Of a stretch of DNA of 64,000 nt, positions 38,566-48,128 are shown one piece after another (within the stretch, counting starts at the first letter, position 1; each line of letters starts with the position of its first letter). The DNA is from an uncultured Bacilli bacterium (lineage in GTDB: Bacteria > Bacillota_I > Bacilli_A > RF39 > UBA660): assembly GCA_910583685.1 (NCBI GenBank), contig CAJTXY010000001.1, forward strand, positions 4,755 through 68,754, in the 5' to 3' direction. The notes under the pieces were generated by a model that saw only the letters and a program-made list of their open reading frames with translations, searched no databases and was not told the origin of the DNA. The position numbers and the translations under genes were made by a program.

Positions 38566-38997
38566 CTACTCCAGTTCCAAAACTTCTATTTCGTCAACAA
38601 CAGCTAGCTGTTGTTCAATAATAAGCTTTAATTTTCTTTTAAATATTTTCATATTTTTCTCTATAACTTCTCGATTTACTTCGATTTTTTCTGCTTTTAG
38701 TAATGCTTCATTCACGATGCGATCTGCATTATGTTTTGCATTATCTATAATCATAGCAGATTCTTCTTTGGCTGTATTTTTTATGTTTTCGCCATTTATT
38801 TCAGCATTTCTTACAGCCTGTTTTAATGTTTCCTCTATTCTGCGATAATGCTCTAATTCACTTTTTAGCCGATCGATTTCTAGTTCTTGATGTCTGCATT
38901 TATTGACAATGTCTTCTGTTTGTGTAATAACATCATTAATAAATCGATTTACTTCATTGCGATTATATCCATTTGCCTCATAATTAAATTTTTCCAT
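38566..38997 (-). CDS. DivIVA-domain protein lacking the canonical N-terminal membrane-binding segment
   Basis: FNYEANGYNRNEVNRFINDVI matches the DivIVA motif F...RGY...EVD.FLD.V, followed by a coiled coil. An upstream in-frame TAG precludes a longer N-terminus. Confidence 0.5.
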   Translation of the reverse strand: MEKFNYEANGYNRNEVNRFINDVITQTEDIVNKCRHQELEIDRLKSELEHYRRIEETLKQAVRNAEINGENIKNTAKEESAMIIDNAKHNADRIVNEALLKAEKIEVNREVIEKNMKIFKRKLKLIIEQQLAVVDEIEVLELE

Positions 38998-39021
38998 ATA
39001 ATCACCCCTATAGGAAAAGTA

Positions 39022-39456
39022 TTACCAATTAAAATCGTCATCTTCCTTTTCTTTTTTGCTGCGACTAGTTTTTGGTGCTGCAGCTTCCTTATCATCACTA
39101 ATTTTTCCTTCAACATTAATATTGTTAGGAGTACATAGGAAAATACCACCACCTAGTTTTTGTAAATCACCACCAATTGCATATAGGGTTCCACTAAGGA
39201 AATCTACAATTCTCTTTCCCTGATCAGGTGTTACTCTTTTTAAATTCACTACTACTGCGTTACGTGCCTTTAAATAATCTGCAATTTGCTGAGACTCTGA
39301 ATATGCCCTAGGTTCTAATAGCATCATTTTAGATCCTGCCATTCCATTCTCATCATGATATTCTTCCCTCGATGTTGAATAGAATTCTTCTTCTACTACA
39401 TCCTCACTTACCTCTTCTTCTGGTCCAAATAATCCTTTTAATTTATCTAAAGCCAT
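39022..39456 (-). CDS. sepF: Cell division protein SepF
   Basis: [66 protein letters not shown] is a SepF core. Start set at MALDKL. Confidence 0.8.
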   Translation of the reverse strand: MALDKLKGLFGPEEEVSEDVVEEEFYSTSREEYHDENGMAGSKMMLLEPRAYSESQQIADYLKARNAVVVNLKRVTPDQGKRIVDFLSGTLYAIGGDLQKLGGGIFLCTPNNINVEGKISDDKEAAAPKTSRSKKEKEDDDFNW

Positions 39457-39552
39457 TTTATTTCCTCCATTCAAGCCTATCTTATCTTAACTATCTATCA
39501 TTGTAGCATATTTTTTTTATTTATAAAAGTATAAATTTGAAAATTTAATTAC

Positions 39553-41400
39553 CTATAGTGGGTCACTTGTATTCCCAACTCGTTCAATCGGTGTTACGGT
39601 AGTTTGGGTTGTTACTGGTGTTTGCATTTGTGTATAATGATACCAAATATTGTTTACATCTACATTGTTGCTTAATGGTGTAGGATTTGGTTTGTCTACA
39701 TACATAAATACTGGTACTTTGAAGGCATTTCCAAAAGCTACACAGTTACCAGGTTTTAGGCTTTTTAACTGCACTATTATTTCCTGCGATACGTTTGGTA
39801 CCATATTTTTAATATAATCTAAATCTTTTGGATGCAATGTTCTCAATATTACGAAATTTGAGCATTGAGATATCGCAGTATCAGAAAGCTCTGATGGTCT
39901 TTGCGTAATAAGACCTAGAATTACTCCATATTTTCTTCCCTCTTTTGTAATTCTATCAAAAATATTATAGCCTAAAATTTCTGTATCTGTATCTTTTTGA
40001 ACATAGCGATGTGCTTCTTCTATCAAAATATGAAATGGCATACTACCACGAACTGAATTTTCTACAGCCATATTAAATAACATTTTTGATAAAATTTTAG
40101 TAATCACTTTCGCAAGACGGTCATCAATATAGTTAATATTGAAATTTACAATTTGACATTTACTGTTACTCATTGGATCTGTCAATAATTTTTGGATATA
40201 ACCTGCTCGTGATACATACTCTGGGTAATCAAAATATGCTTTCGCTTCACTATTTGCTAATGTATGAAGTCTAACACTTAATACATTGGCATAGTCGAAT
40301 ACTTTATCACTTTTTAGAATTCCTTCAGAAATCAAGGCAAAGTCCATTGCTTGTTCTAAATCAGATAATGTATAGTAGACTGGTTGGTCTTGTGTTTTAT
40401 TTAAAGAGAGACTATCGTCTATAAAGCCTTTTACGAATTCAACGATTAACTCCATTTCTTGCATTTTGCCCATTTTATCAATTAATAAGCATTGTTTAAA
40501 CGTTCTAACATAACCAGGTTGGGCAATAGTAGACTCTAAGTTTAATTCTTCTGTATTAAATTTTGTAAGAACTGCTACTACTTGATCTCGAATTTTTGTA
40601 GCCTCGTGACCGCTTAGTAGAATATCTTCTAAGGCTCTTGCTATAATATCATTTTTATGTTTGATTACATCAGGAGAATTTCCTGCCAAGATTGGCACTA
40701 GTTTCAGCATTTTTTCAATGATTGGTAATTGATTTAGCGTTGTTACATCTAATAGTAATGCTAAGTCATCTACCCCTAGTAACCATACTGGTATTTTTAT
40801 AATATCAGTATCGGCAAATTTGGTGTTTGTTGTATAGGTTTTATAATGGATCATAGGATTGTGCTTATTTAAATCTTTAAAGGCACTTGTATACTCTCCA
40901 TAGGCATCAAACATAAAAATATTAGCACCTATAGGAGCATCTTTTCTCGAGTGGAAAAGCTTCTGTATTAGACTTGATACCGTAAAACTTTTTCCCGCTC
41001 CACTATTTCCTAAAATTGCAAAATGATTACTAAAAAAGTCATTTACAGGAACATTGATCTTATAATTTTTATATACATTGGAATAGCCAAAGAAGGTATA
41101 GCCATCTGTTGTTTCTTGTTTTCCTAAAAATACTTCTAGCTCTTCCATTTTTATCATTCGCACTAGAGATTTAAAAGCAGGTTTGGAAGAGACTCCTGGA
41201 GTAAAAGAGGCTCCTTTTAATTCACCAACAATATTAATAAGCATTTTTTTTTGATCTACATTTGCAATCTCTCCCACAATCTTTTCCTCGCCACTTTCAA
41301 AAACAACGTGAAGATTTACAAGATTGGGCTGCTTATTAATATCAATAGCGAGTTCTACAATGACACTGTTTTCTAATATTTCAATGATTTTCCCTAGCAT
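39553..41400 (-). CDS. HerA-family (DUF87) ATPase with an N-terminal HAS-barrel
   Basis: Walker A ILGNSGAGKS; FMFDAYGEY; Walker B HILIEEAHRYV; GLITQRPSELSDTAISQCSNFVILR (HerA/FtsK-type TQRP motif). N-terminal beta-barrel-like region. Confidence 0.7.
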   Translation of the reverse strand: MLGKIIEILENSVIVELAIDINKQPNLVNLHVVFESGEEKIVGEIANVDQKKMLINIVGELKGASFTPGVSSKPAFKSLVRMIKMEELEVFLGKQETTDGYTFFGYSNVYKNYKINVPVNDFFSNHFAILGNSGAGKSFTVSSLIQKLFHSRKDAPIGANIFMFDAYGEYTSAFKDLNKHNPMIHYKTYTTNTKFADTDIIKIPVWLLGVDDLALLLDVTTLNQLPIIEKMLKLVPILAGNSPDVIKHKNDIIARALEDILLSGHEATKIRDQVVAVLTKFNTEELNLESTIAQPGYVRTFKQCLLIDKMGKMQEMELIVEFVKGFIDDSLSLNKTQDQPVYYTLSDLEQAMDFALISEGILKSDKVFDYANVLSVRLHTLANSEAKAYFDYPEYVSRAGYIQKLLTDPMSNSKCQIVNFNINYIDDRLAKVITKILSKMLFNMAVENSVRGSMPFHILIEEAHRYVQKDTDTEILGYNIFDRITKEGRKYGVILGLITQRPSELSDTAISQCSNFVILRTLHPKDLDYIKNMVPNVSQEIIVQLKSLKPGNCVAFGNAFKVPVFMYVDKPNPTPLSNNVDVNNIWYHYTQMQTPVTTQTTVTPIERVGNTSDPL

Positions 41401-41470
41401 ACAAACACCCTCTTATTCTGTTAATATTATAACGAAAAAAAAATGAAAAGTCTAGTATCAGTTTTTCATT

Positions 41471-41953
41471 TTAGTTTAATTTAATGAACAATATATCATT
41501 ATCGTGTTCTGTAATCATCTTCTTAACATTATCGAAATCTAGAAAAACAGTGGCTGTGTTCGTATTTGGATGAAAACCAACATTCTGTTTCCCGATTAGC
41601 TCTTTATCAAAGAGAACTATTACACTTTTTGTCTCATCATTTAAGATGCCAAATGGTGAAACATAACCATTTTCCAACTTCAAGTATTTATCTAATCGTT
41701 CACTAGAAGCAAAACTAAGTCTTGTACTCCCAATTTTTTTAGCAATTTCATCTAGTTTTATCTCTTTCGAATGATGGCAACATAAAAGGAAGTGCATTTT
41801 CCCGTTTGCATTACGTAAAAATAAATTTTTACATACGTAACCCTTATCTAAAAGTCCCTCTTTTTCCATATCTTCAATAGTATGAACTTCTTTATGCTCT
41901 ACCAAGTTATATTTTATGTTTTTTGAATCCAAATAATCTAAAACTTCTTTCAT
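41471..41953 (-). CDS. ybaK: YbaK/ProX-family aminoacyl-tRNA deacylase (trans-editing of mischarged tRNA-Pro)
   Basis: HFLLCCHHSKEIKLDEIAKKIGSTRLSFASSERLDKYLKLENGYVSPFG resembles the YbaK core. Confidence 0.65.
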   Translation of the reverse strand: MKEVLDYLDSKNIKYNLVEHKEVHTIEDMEKEGLLDKGYVCKNLFLRNANGKMHFLLCCHHSKEIKLDEIAKKIGSTRLSFASSERLDKYLKLENGYVSPFGILNDETKSVIVLFDKELIGKQNVGFHPNTNTATVFLDFDNVKKMITEHDNDILFIKLN

Positions 41954-41963
41954 ACTTTCACCT

Positions 41964-42575
41964 CTATAAATCTATTTCATTTGCAATACTACACATTGCA
42001 GCAAGGGCAATACTTGCAAATTCTTCTAAATCAATTCCACATTTTTCTATTGCTAACATATAACTACGATTCGCTCCTCTTGCAAAGCGAGTTTCTTTAA
42101 ATCTTTTTAAGATAGAAGATACCTTTACACTGTTTACTTTTTTGTCAGGATAACCTCTAGCAATAGCCGAGATAAAGCCACTCATTGGATCTGCAGCTAA
42201 AAGTGCATACTCTATTTTTGTTTTTGCACGATACCCACATTTTGGATTATGGGCCATAATTGCATTATATAACGTGTCATCCCCGAAGCCTTCCTCTACT
42301 AAAATTTCCTTTGACTTCGGTCCATGTACTGCCATATTTTCCTGCCAAGGGCAAGACTCCTCATCTAAATCATGCAACAGTCCTGCAATTCCCCACTCTT
42401 CTATATGTTCTGAATCCAATTTTTCGGCAAGAGATCTCATAATTGCTTCTACTGCTAAAGAATGTTTAATATAAAAGTCCTCTTTCACATACTTATTTAA
42501 AATTTCAAAAGCTTGTTGTCTTTTTTCCATCAAATCACCTAAAATGAGTCTATCACATCCCTTATATAAAGTCAA
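41964..42575 (-). CDS. HD-domain phosphohydrolase
   Basis: H...(28)...HD motif: IKHSLAVE...GLLHDLDEE. The start is probably the internal MEKRQQ. Confidence 0.55.
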   Translation of the reverse strand: MTLYKGCDRLILGDLMEKRQQAFEILNKYVKEDFYIKHSLAVEAIMRSLAEKLDSEHIEEWGIAGLLHDLDEESCPWQENMAVHGPKSKEILVEEGFGDDTLYNAIMAHNPKCGYRAKTKIEYALLAADPMSGFISAIARGYPDKKVNSVKVSSILKRFKETRFARGANRSYMLAIEKCGIDLEEFASIALAAMCSIANEIDL

Positions 42576-42610
42576 AATTCAAAAGAAATAAACTTTTTTC
42601 TAAAAAATAG

Positions 42611-42640
42611 TTGACAAGTGCTCTTCTTTTATTGTATGAT
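42611..42640 (+). promoter_or_regulatory. Sigma-A-type promoter for tRNA-Pro
   Basis: TTGACA, then 18 nt, then TATGAT, 11 nt upstream of the tRNA 5' end. Confidence 0.5.
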
Positions 42641-42651
42641 TTAGTTGTCGC

Positions 42652-42728
42652 CGGGAAGTGGCTCAACTTGGTAGAGCACTTGGTTTGGGACCAAGGGGTT
42701 GCAGGTTCAAATCCTGTCTTCCCGACCA
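42652..42728 (+). tRNA. tRNA-Pro (anticodon UGG)
   Basis: Cloverleaf read by hand: acceptor CGGGAAG/CTTCCCG, anticodon stem CTTGG/CCAAG with loop TTTGGGA, T-loop GGTTCAAATCC, encoded CCA. Confidence 0.85.
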
Positions 42729-42822
42729 TTATTTAGAATTTGACTTATATCTGATAATGATATGAGTTTTTTTGTGCCTGCAATTCCCCGGTCCCTCCAA
42801 GTGCCATTATCAAATACTTATA

Positions 42823-43557
42823 TTATATTTGGTAAAACAAACTTTTTAAATCCCTTTTCTTTATTCGAAAAGCAGTTCCGTGATCGTGGATCTTGCCTTT
42901 TTTGGATCCCGTTCTAAAAACTCCAATTGTAAAGCATATTGTTATCTTTCCCTTCTCTATTGATTTTAAAAAGCACGAAAAGTTTCGTAAATGATATAGT
43001 TTAAGTGAAGTATATTGAAAATATTTTTCAGTACCTACTCTTTTTTCTTTGGCATCAATATAAGCCAGAATCGTAAGCTTTCTTTCTAACTTTTCCTTTA
43101 GCAAGCGAAAAGTCCAAAAGGTTTCCTTATCAATTAATTGTGAATTTCTGTAAATACATAAATATATTTTTTCTTCAAGGTAGTCTATTTCTAGTTTATA
43201 TGAATACCAAAGTCCTATTTTTTGCTTTTCTATAGCATTTACTTCTCCTTTTAATACCTTGCAATATTTCAAAATACGATCAGGATACCCATACATTTGT
43301 TGTAATCTTTTAATTTCAAATAAATATCTTCCATCGGGTGTTGCATTAAATAATGTTGTATAAGACTTACTATATTTTTTGTGGGTTTTTAACTCAATTC
43401 CTAAGTAATCGGGAAATTCAAAATTTTCTTTTTCTTTTCCTAATAATTTTTCAAGAGTAAGTCCTATACTCCCCTTTCCTTCATTCACACTTTTTACCCA
43501 TCCTAACTTTTTTACTTTTTTAAATTCTTTTTGTAATTGTTGCATTTCTTTTTTCAT
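42823..43557 (-). CDS. MvaI/BcnI-family type II restriction endonuclease homologue (no adjacent methyltransferase)
   Basis: KGSIGLTLEKLLGKEKENFEFPDYLGIELKTHKK parallels the BcnI/MvaI catalytic region (G..G..LE...G....N.....D.GE.ELK; PD-(D/E)XK). Confidence 0.55.
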   Translation of the reverse strand: MKKEMQQLQKEFKKVKKLGWVKSVNEGKGSIGLTLEKLLGKEKENFEFPDYLGIELKTHKKYSKSYTTLFNATPDGRYLFEIKRLQQMYGYPDRILKYCKVLKGEVNAIEKQKIGLWYSYKLEIDYLEEKIYLCIYRNSQLIDKETFWTFRLLKEKLERKLTILAYIDAKEKRVGTEKYFQYTSLKLYHLRNFSCFLKSIEKGKITICFTIGVFRTGSKKGKIHDHGTAFRIKKRDLKSLFYQI

Positions 43558-43982
43558 TCTATTTCCTCCTACTTTATTATTAGAAAAAAAAGAAGATTTT
43601 CGATATTATTTGAAAAAAACAAGAAAAATATATCATTCCAAGTTGTATATAAGTCTAAGCATTGATCGTTCTATAACTTTCATAGTCAACTAAGGCAAGT
43701 ACTTTTATATAACTGATTTCTATCTTTTAATCTCCATACAATGTGTTGTTTCAATTGTAATTTGTTTCCCCATTTCTAAATTAAAAATATTGAAAAGCAA
43801 TTTTAAACTTGAGTTACTGTATTTAATAGCCAATTTTTCTCAATAGCACTTTTCCTTCTTGGTTGTAATTTGAGCTTTATCACTTTTCTATATTTTATAT
43901 GAGACTACGCCTATTTCTCATTGCAGGATATACCTATTTATGGTAAAATACTAGCAGATAGCAATTTGAAGGAGGAGAAATT

Positions 43983-45425
43983 ATGTCAAAGACAGACAAA
44001 TATGTAAAAGCTATAACATCACAAAATGATGATTTTGCACAATGGTATACAGATGTTGTTAAAGAGGCAAAACTTTGTGATTATTCTGGTGTAAAAGGAT
44101 GCTTAAACTACTTACCGAATGGTTATGCCCTTTGGGAAAATATTCAAAAAGACTTAGATCAAAGATTTAAAGATACAGGAGTTGAAAATGTTTACTTGCC
44201 AGTTTTGATTCCTGAGAGTCTAATGGAAAAAGAAGGAGATCATATTGAAGGATTCGCTCCAGAAGTTGCTTGGGTTACACACGGTGGAATTGAACGCCTT
44301 GAAGAAAGGTTCTGTATTCGTCCAACCTCTGAAACACTATTCTGTGATCACTGGCAAAAGACAGTAAAGTCATACCGTGATTTACCAAAAGTATGGAATC
44401 AATGGAACTCTGTATTACGTTGGGAAAAAACAACAAGACCATTTTTACGTTCTCGTGAATTCTTATGGCAAGAAGGTCACACTTTACACGCAACAGCAGA
44501 AGAGGCTCGCGAGAGAACACAAATGATGCTAGATGTTTATTATGATTTTGTAACAGAAGATTTGGCAATTCCACTTATTAAAGGAAGAAAAACGGAAAGC
44601 GAAAAATTTGCAGGTGCTGAAGAGACTTATACGATTGAGTCTATGATGAAAGATGGAAAGGCACTACAATCTGGTACCAGTCATTTCTTTGGTCACGGAT
44701 TCCCAGATGCTTTTGATATTAAATATTTAGATCAAAATAACCAACTTCACAGTGCATATGAAACATCGTGGGGGCTTTCTACTCGTATTATTGGTGCCAT
44801 CATTATGGTTCATGGTGATGACTCAGGACTTGTACTGCCACCAAGAATAGCACCTACACAAGCAATGATTATTCCTATTGCACAACATAAGGAAGGTGTA
44901 TTAGAGAAAGCAGAAGAACTTTTAACATCTTTAAAAAATGCTAATATTCGTACAAAAATAGATGATAGTGAAAAAACGCCTGGTTATAAGTTTGCACAAC
45001 AGGAAGTTCTTGGAATTCCAGTTCGTATTGAAATAGGTCCTAAAGATATTGAAGAAAATCAAGTGGTAGTCGTACGCCGCGATAACCACGAAAAAATCAC
45101 TATTAAAATTGATGAGGTTACAGTAAAACTTCCAGAGATTTTTGAAACTATTCAAAAAGATATGTACCGTCGGGCTAAAGAGTTTTTGGACTCTCATTTA
45201 GATAGTGCAACTACAATGGAGGAAATGGTAGAAAAATTTAAAACCAATCGTGGATTTATCAAGGCGATGTGGTGTGGAGATGAAGTTTGTGAGGGAGAGA
45301 TCAAATATGAAACAGGCGGTGCCGGTTCTCGTTGTATTCCTTTTGATAGCAAACACCTATCTGATAAGTGTATCTATTGTGGTAAAGAAGCAAAGCATAT
45401 GGTTATTTGGGGAAAATCATATTAA
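43983..45425 (+). CDS. proS: Proline--tRNA ligase, archaeal/eukaryote-like type (no INS editing domain)
   Basis: N-terminus ...FAQWYTDVVKEAKLCDYSGVKGCLNYLPNGYALWE and a C-terminal Zn-binding CxxC...CxxC tail, typical of archaeal-type ProRS. 480 aa. RBS GGAGGAG. Confidence 0.9.
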   Translation: MSKTDKYVKAITSQNDDFAQWYTDVVKEAKLCDYSGVKGCLNYLPNGYALWENIQKDLDQRFKDTGVENVYLPVLIPESLMEKEGDHIEGFAPEVAWVTHGGIERLEERFCIRPTSETLFCDHWQKTVKSYRDLPKVWNQWNSVLRWEKTTRPFLRSREFLWQEGHTLHATAEEARERTQMMLDVYYDFVTEDLAIPLIKGRKTESEKFAGAEETYTIESMMKDGKALQSGTSHFFGHGFPDAFDIKYLDQNNQLHSAYETSWGLSTRIIGAIIMVHGDDSGLVLPPRIAPTQAMIIPIAQHKEGVLEKAEELLTSLKNANIRTKIDDSEKTPGYKFAQQEVLGIPVRIEIGPKDIEENQVVVVRRDNHEKITIKIDEVTVKLPEIFETIQKDMYRRAKEFLDSHLDSATTMEEMVEKFKTNRGFIKAMWCGDEVCEGEIKYETGGAGSRCIPFDSKHLSDKCIYCGKEAKHMVIWGKSY

Positions 45426-45431
45426 AAATAA

Positions 45432-45468
45432 AAGAACATTTCAAAATGAATTGTTCTTTTTTATTTTG
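45432..45468. terminator. Bidirectional intrinsic terminator between convergent proS and the 45461 gene
   Basis: 7-bp stem AAGAACA/TGTTCTT, flanked by an A-run and a T-run. Confidence 0.5.
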
Positions 45469-46213
45469 TACTTAAATACCATTCTTTAATTGCGGTGCTA
45501 CCTTCCTTTGCAAGGCCTGCAATAAGTGAAAACGATATTTTGAAACTATTTTTCATTGTCTTAAAGTCTTCCCTTGCCTGATGGCAAACATCTTCATAGT
45601 TTGTACAAATTTTATTGGTTGTTTCTAAATATGTTACGATAATTTTGGATTTCAAGTTAGAAGTTTCTTGTTTAAGGTATTCCTTATAATTTGGAAAGTG
45701 TTGGTCAATCTTGGAATCAATAGAAAGAGCAATTTTTAATGCTTGAAGTTTCGCACTACTACTTAACTCTTTAAATGTTTTTCCATAAATTGTTCCTCCA
45801 TGAAATAGGAACTGGTATATTGTACTTACACCATTTTTTAGATGTTCTCGAAGAGACGAATCTTGTTCTGAGTTAGAAGCATAACGTTCTTGTTCTAAAA
45901 AGTAGTTTACAATTTCACTATCACTAGCAGAAGTACTTTCTTGATTCGTATTAACATCAGGGTTAGAGTGATTGGTAGAATTTTCTATTTTTTGATTTTC
46001 TTTAACCTCTTCTTCCCTTTTTTGCTCTTCTTTCTCTATTATCTTTCCTGCGTTTGTAATACTTCTTGTAACTTCTTTTCCATCTATCTTTACCTCTTTA
46101 TAGTCCTGTTCTTGCATTATAAAAACAATAAGTCCTATACTAAGGAGCGCAATGAAAACACCACTGAAAAAAATTATAATATATTTTTTATTTAATGATT
46201 CTTTTACTTGCAT
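45461..46213 (-). CDS. Membrane-anchored hypothetical protein with an extracytoplasmic acidic linker plus a C-terminal domain
   Basis: Single N-terminal TM, Glu/Lys-rich linker. No recognised domain. Confidence 0.4.
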   Translation of the reverse strand: MQVKESLNKKYIIIFFSGVFIALLSIGLIVFIMQEQDYKEVKIDGKEVTRSITNAGKIIEKEEQKREEEVKENQKIENSTNHSNPDVNTNQESTSASDSEIVNYFLEQERYASNSEQDSSLREHLKNGVSTIYQFLFHGGTIYGKTFKELSSSAKLQALKIALSIDSKIDQHFPNYKEYLKQETSNLKSKIIVTYLETTNKICTNYEDVCHQAREDFKTMKNSFKISFSLIAGLAKEGSTAIKEWYLSTK

Positions 46214-46230
46214 TTATATATCACCTACTT

Positions 46231-46998
46231 CTATTGTACGATATTCTCCTTCATTTGTATACCAACGGGACAATGATCACTTCCATAAACAGAAGAATAT
46301 ATATGAACATCCTCTACTTTTTTTATCCATCTTTTTGAAATTAAAAAGTAATCAATACGCCACCCTATATTCCTTTCTCTAACTCCTTTCATATAACTCC
46401 ACCACGTATAGGCCTCTAATTTATCTGGGTAAAAGTTGCGATAGATATCAACTAGGCCTAAATTCAACAGGTTTGTAAATGCTAGTCTTTCTTCGTCTGT
46501 AAATCCTGCATTTCCACGATTTTGTTTTGCATTTTTAATGTCCATTTCTGTATGTGCAACATTGAAGTCTCCACAAATAATTACTGGTTTTTCTTTATCT
46601 AGTTTTCTTATATATCTCCGAAACTCCTTTTCCCATTCAATTCTAAATTCCATTCTAGCTAGAGTTCTTTGTACATTTGGAACATAAACGTTTACTAAAT
46701 AGAATTCTTTATATTCCAATGTCAACAGTCGTCCTTCACAGTCAAAGGCTTTCTTTCCTATTCCATAAGTTACTGTTAACGGTTCTTGTTTTGTATAAAT
46801 TAACACCCCTGAATACCCTTTTCTTTCAGCTGCATTTAAATACTCATAATAATTTTGTGGGTGAAAATCATATTGCTCTTTGGTTGCCTTTACTTCTTGT
46901 AAGCAGACAATATCGGCATCTGTCTGTTCAAAAAAAATGCGGAAGCCTTTTCTTAGACAGGCACGGAATCCTGCTACATTCCAAGAGACTATTTTCAT
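46231..46998 (-). CDS. xth: Exodeoxyribonuclease III (AP endonuclease)
   Basis: MKIVSWNVAGFRA..., C-terminal SDHCPV. Confidence 0.85.
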   Translation of the reverse strand: MKIVSWNVAGFRACLRKGFRIFFEQTDADIVCLQEVKATKEQYDFHPQNYYEYLNAAERKGYSGVLIYTKQEPLTVTYGIGKKAFDCEGRLLTLEYKEFYLVNVYVPNVQRTLARMEFRIEWEKEFRRYIRKLDKEKPVIICGDFNVAHTEMDIKNAKQNRGNAGFTDEERLAFTNLLNLGLVDIYRNFYPDKLEAYTWWSYMKGVRERNIGWRIDYFLISKRWIKKVEDVHIYSSVYGSDHCPVGIQMKENIVQ

Positions 46999-48050
46999 TT
47001 TTTCACCTCATTTATTACTATTTCTAGAAATGGTTGAAATGCACTTGGAAGTGCATATTTTTTTATAATCGTATCTAAGTCTAACCAAAGATAGTCTTTA
47101 GACTCTTCTTCTACTTTTATGATGAAACTTTCCATTTGCCATTTTAAATGAGTGAAGATATGTGTATAAGAACCACTTGGTTTTATTGAGGTTACAGTCA
47201 TAGAGCAATCTAACAAATATTGTTTTACCTCTTCTTTAGTATAAGTACCTAAAAGATTGGGAAACTCCCATAAATTTTTAAGCAGGCCCGAATCCTTTCT
47301 TTTATGAAGGGCAACTTTGTTACCGCATAACAGAAGGAGTACTACATACTTTTGGTTTTTCTTTTCCCTTTTCTCTTTGCGAACGGGAATGTTCATAAAT
47401 GTATGCTTTTCTTTTGCTTTACAGAAATCTTTTAACGGACAGAGATTACATTTAGGTATCCCATTTGGAATACAGATTACTTCGCCAAGTTCCATTAAGG
47501 CTTCATTAAACATTCCTGATTCTTTGGGTACAATTTTCATAAGACTTTCCCGCACACTTTTCCGTACTTTCACTTCATCAATGTTTTCCTTACTATTTTT
47601 AAGTCTTGAGTAGACTCTGAGTACATTTCCATCGATTGTAACTTCTTTTAATGAAAAGCAAATGGAAGCAATGGCACTGGCAGTATATTCCCCAATGCCT
47701 GGAAGTGCAATGATATCTTCAAACTTATCAGGGAATCTACCATTAAACTTTTCTTCTATTTCTATCGCTGCTTTTTTTAGATTCCTTGCTCTGTTATAAT
47801 AGCCCAGTCCTTCCCAGAGCTTCATCAGTTTATCATCTTCTACTCGTGCTAAAGCAGAAATGGTTGGTAGTTCACTCATAAAGCGTTCATAATAGGGAAT
47901 GACTGCTTCAATTCTTGTCTGTTGTAACATCACCTCAGAGATCCAGATGTGATAAGGATTTTTATTCAGTCTCCAAGGAAGAACTCTTCTTGTTTTTTGA
48001 TACCAATTTAATAAAGGGTCTACTATTCTTTTCATATACTTCTTCTCCAC
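46995..48050 (-). CDS. mutY: A/G-specific adenine DNA glycosylase
   Basis: HhH-GPD with PWR...PY.IW.SE.MLQQT and a C-terminal Nudix-like domain. 4-nt overlap with xth. Confidence 0.85.
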   Translation of the reverse strand: MEKKYMKRIVDPLLNWYQKTRRVLPWRLNKNPYHIWISEVMLQQTRIEAVIPYYERFMSELPTISALARVEDDKLMKLWEGLGYYNRARNLKKAAIEIEEKFNGRFPDKFEDIIALPGIGEYTASAIASICFSLKEVTIDGNVLRVYSRLKNSKENIDEVKVRKSVRESLMKIVPKESGMFNEALMELGEVICIPNGIPKCNLCPLKDFCKAKEKHTFMNIPVRKEKREKKNQKYVVLLLLCGNKVALHKRKDSGLLKNLWEFPNLLGTYTKEEVKQYLLDCSMTVTSIKPSGSYTHIFTHLKWQMESFIIKVEEESKDYLWLDLDTIIKKYALPSAFQPFLEIVINEVKK

Positions 48051-48128
48051 TCAAATCATATCATATTTTGACAAAAGAAAAAAGAACTATACTACTGTTC
48101 TAATTTTTTCTATGTTTTTTTAAATAGT

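Noticed and set aside
42729-42822. Possible att-like remnant downstream of tRNA-Pro (gcctgcaattccccggtccctccaag)
   Set aside because: No convincing direct repeat of the tRNA 3' end was found by eye. An integrase gene is absent.
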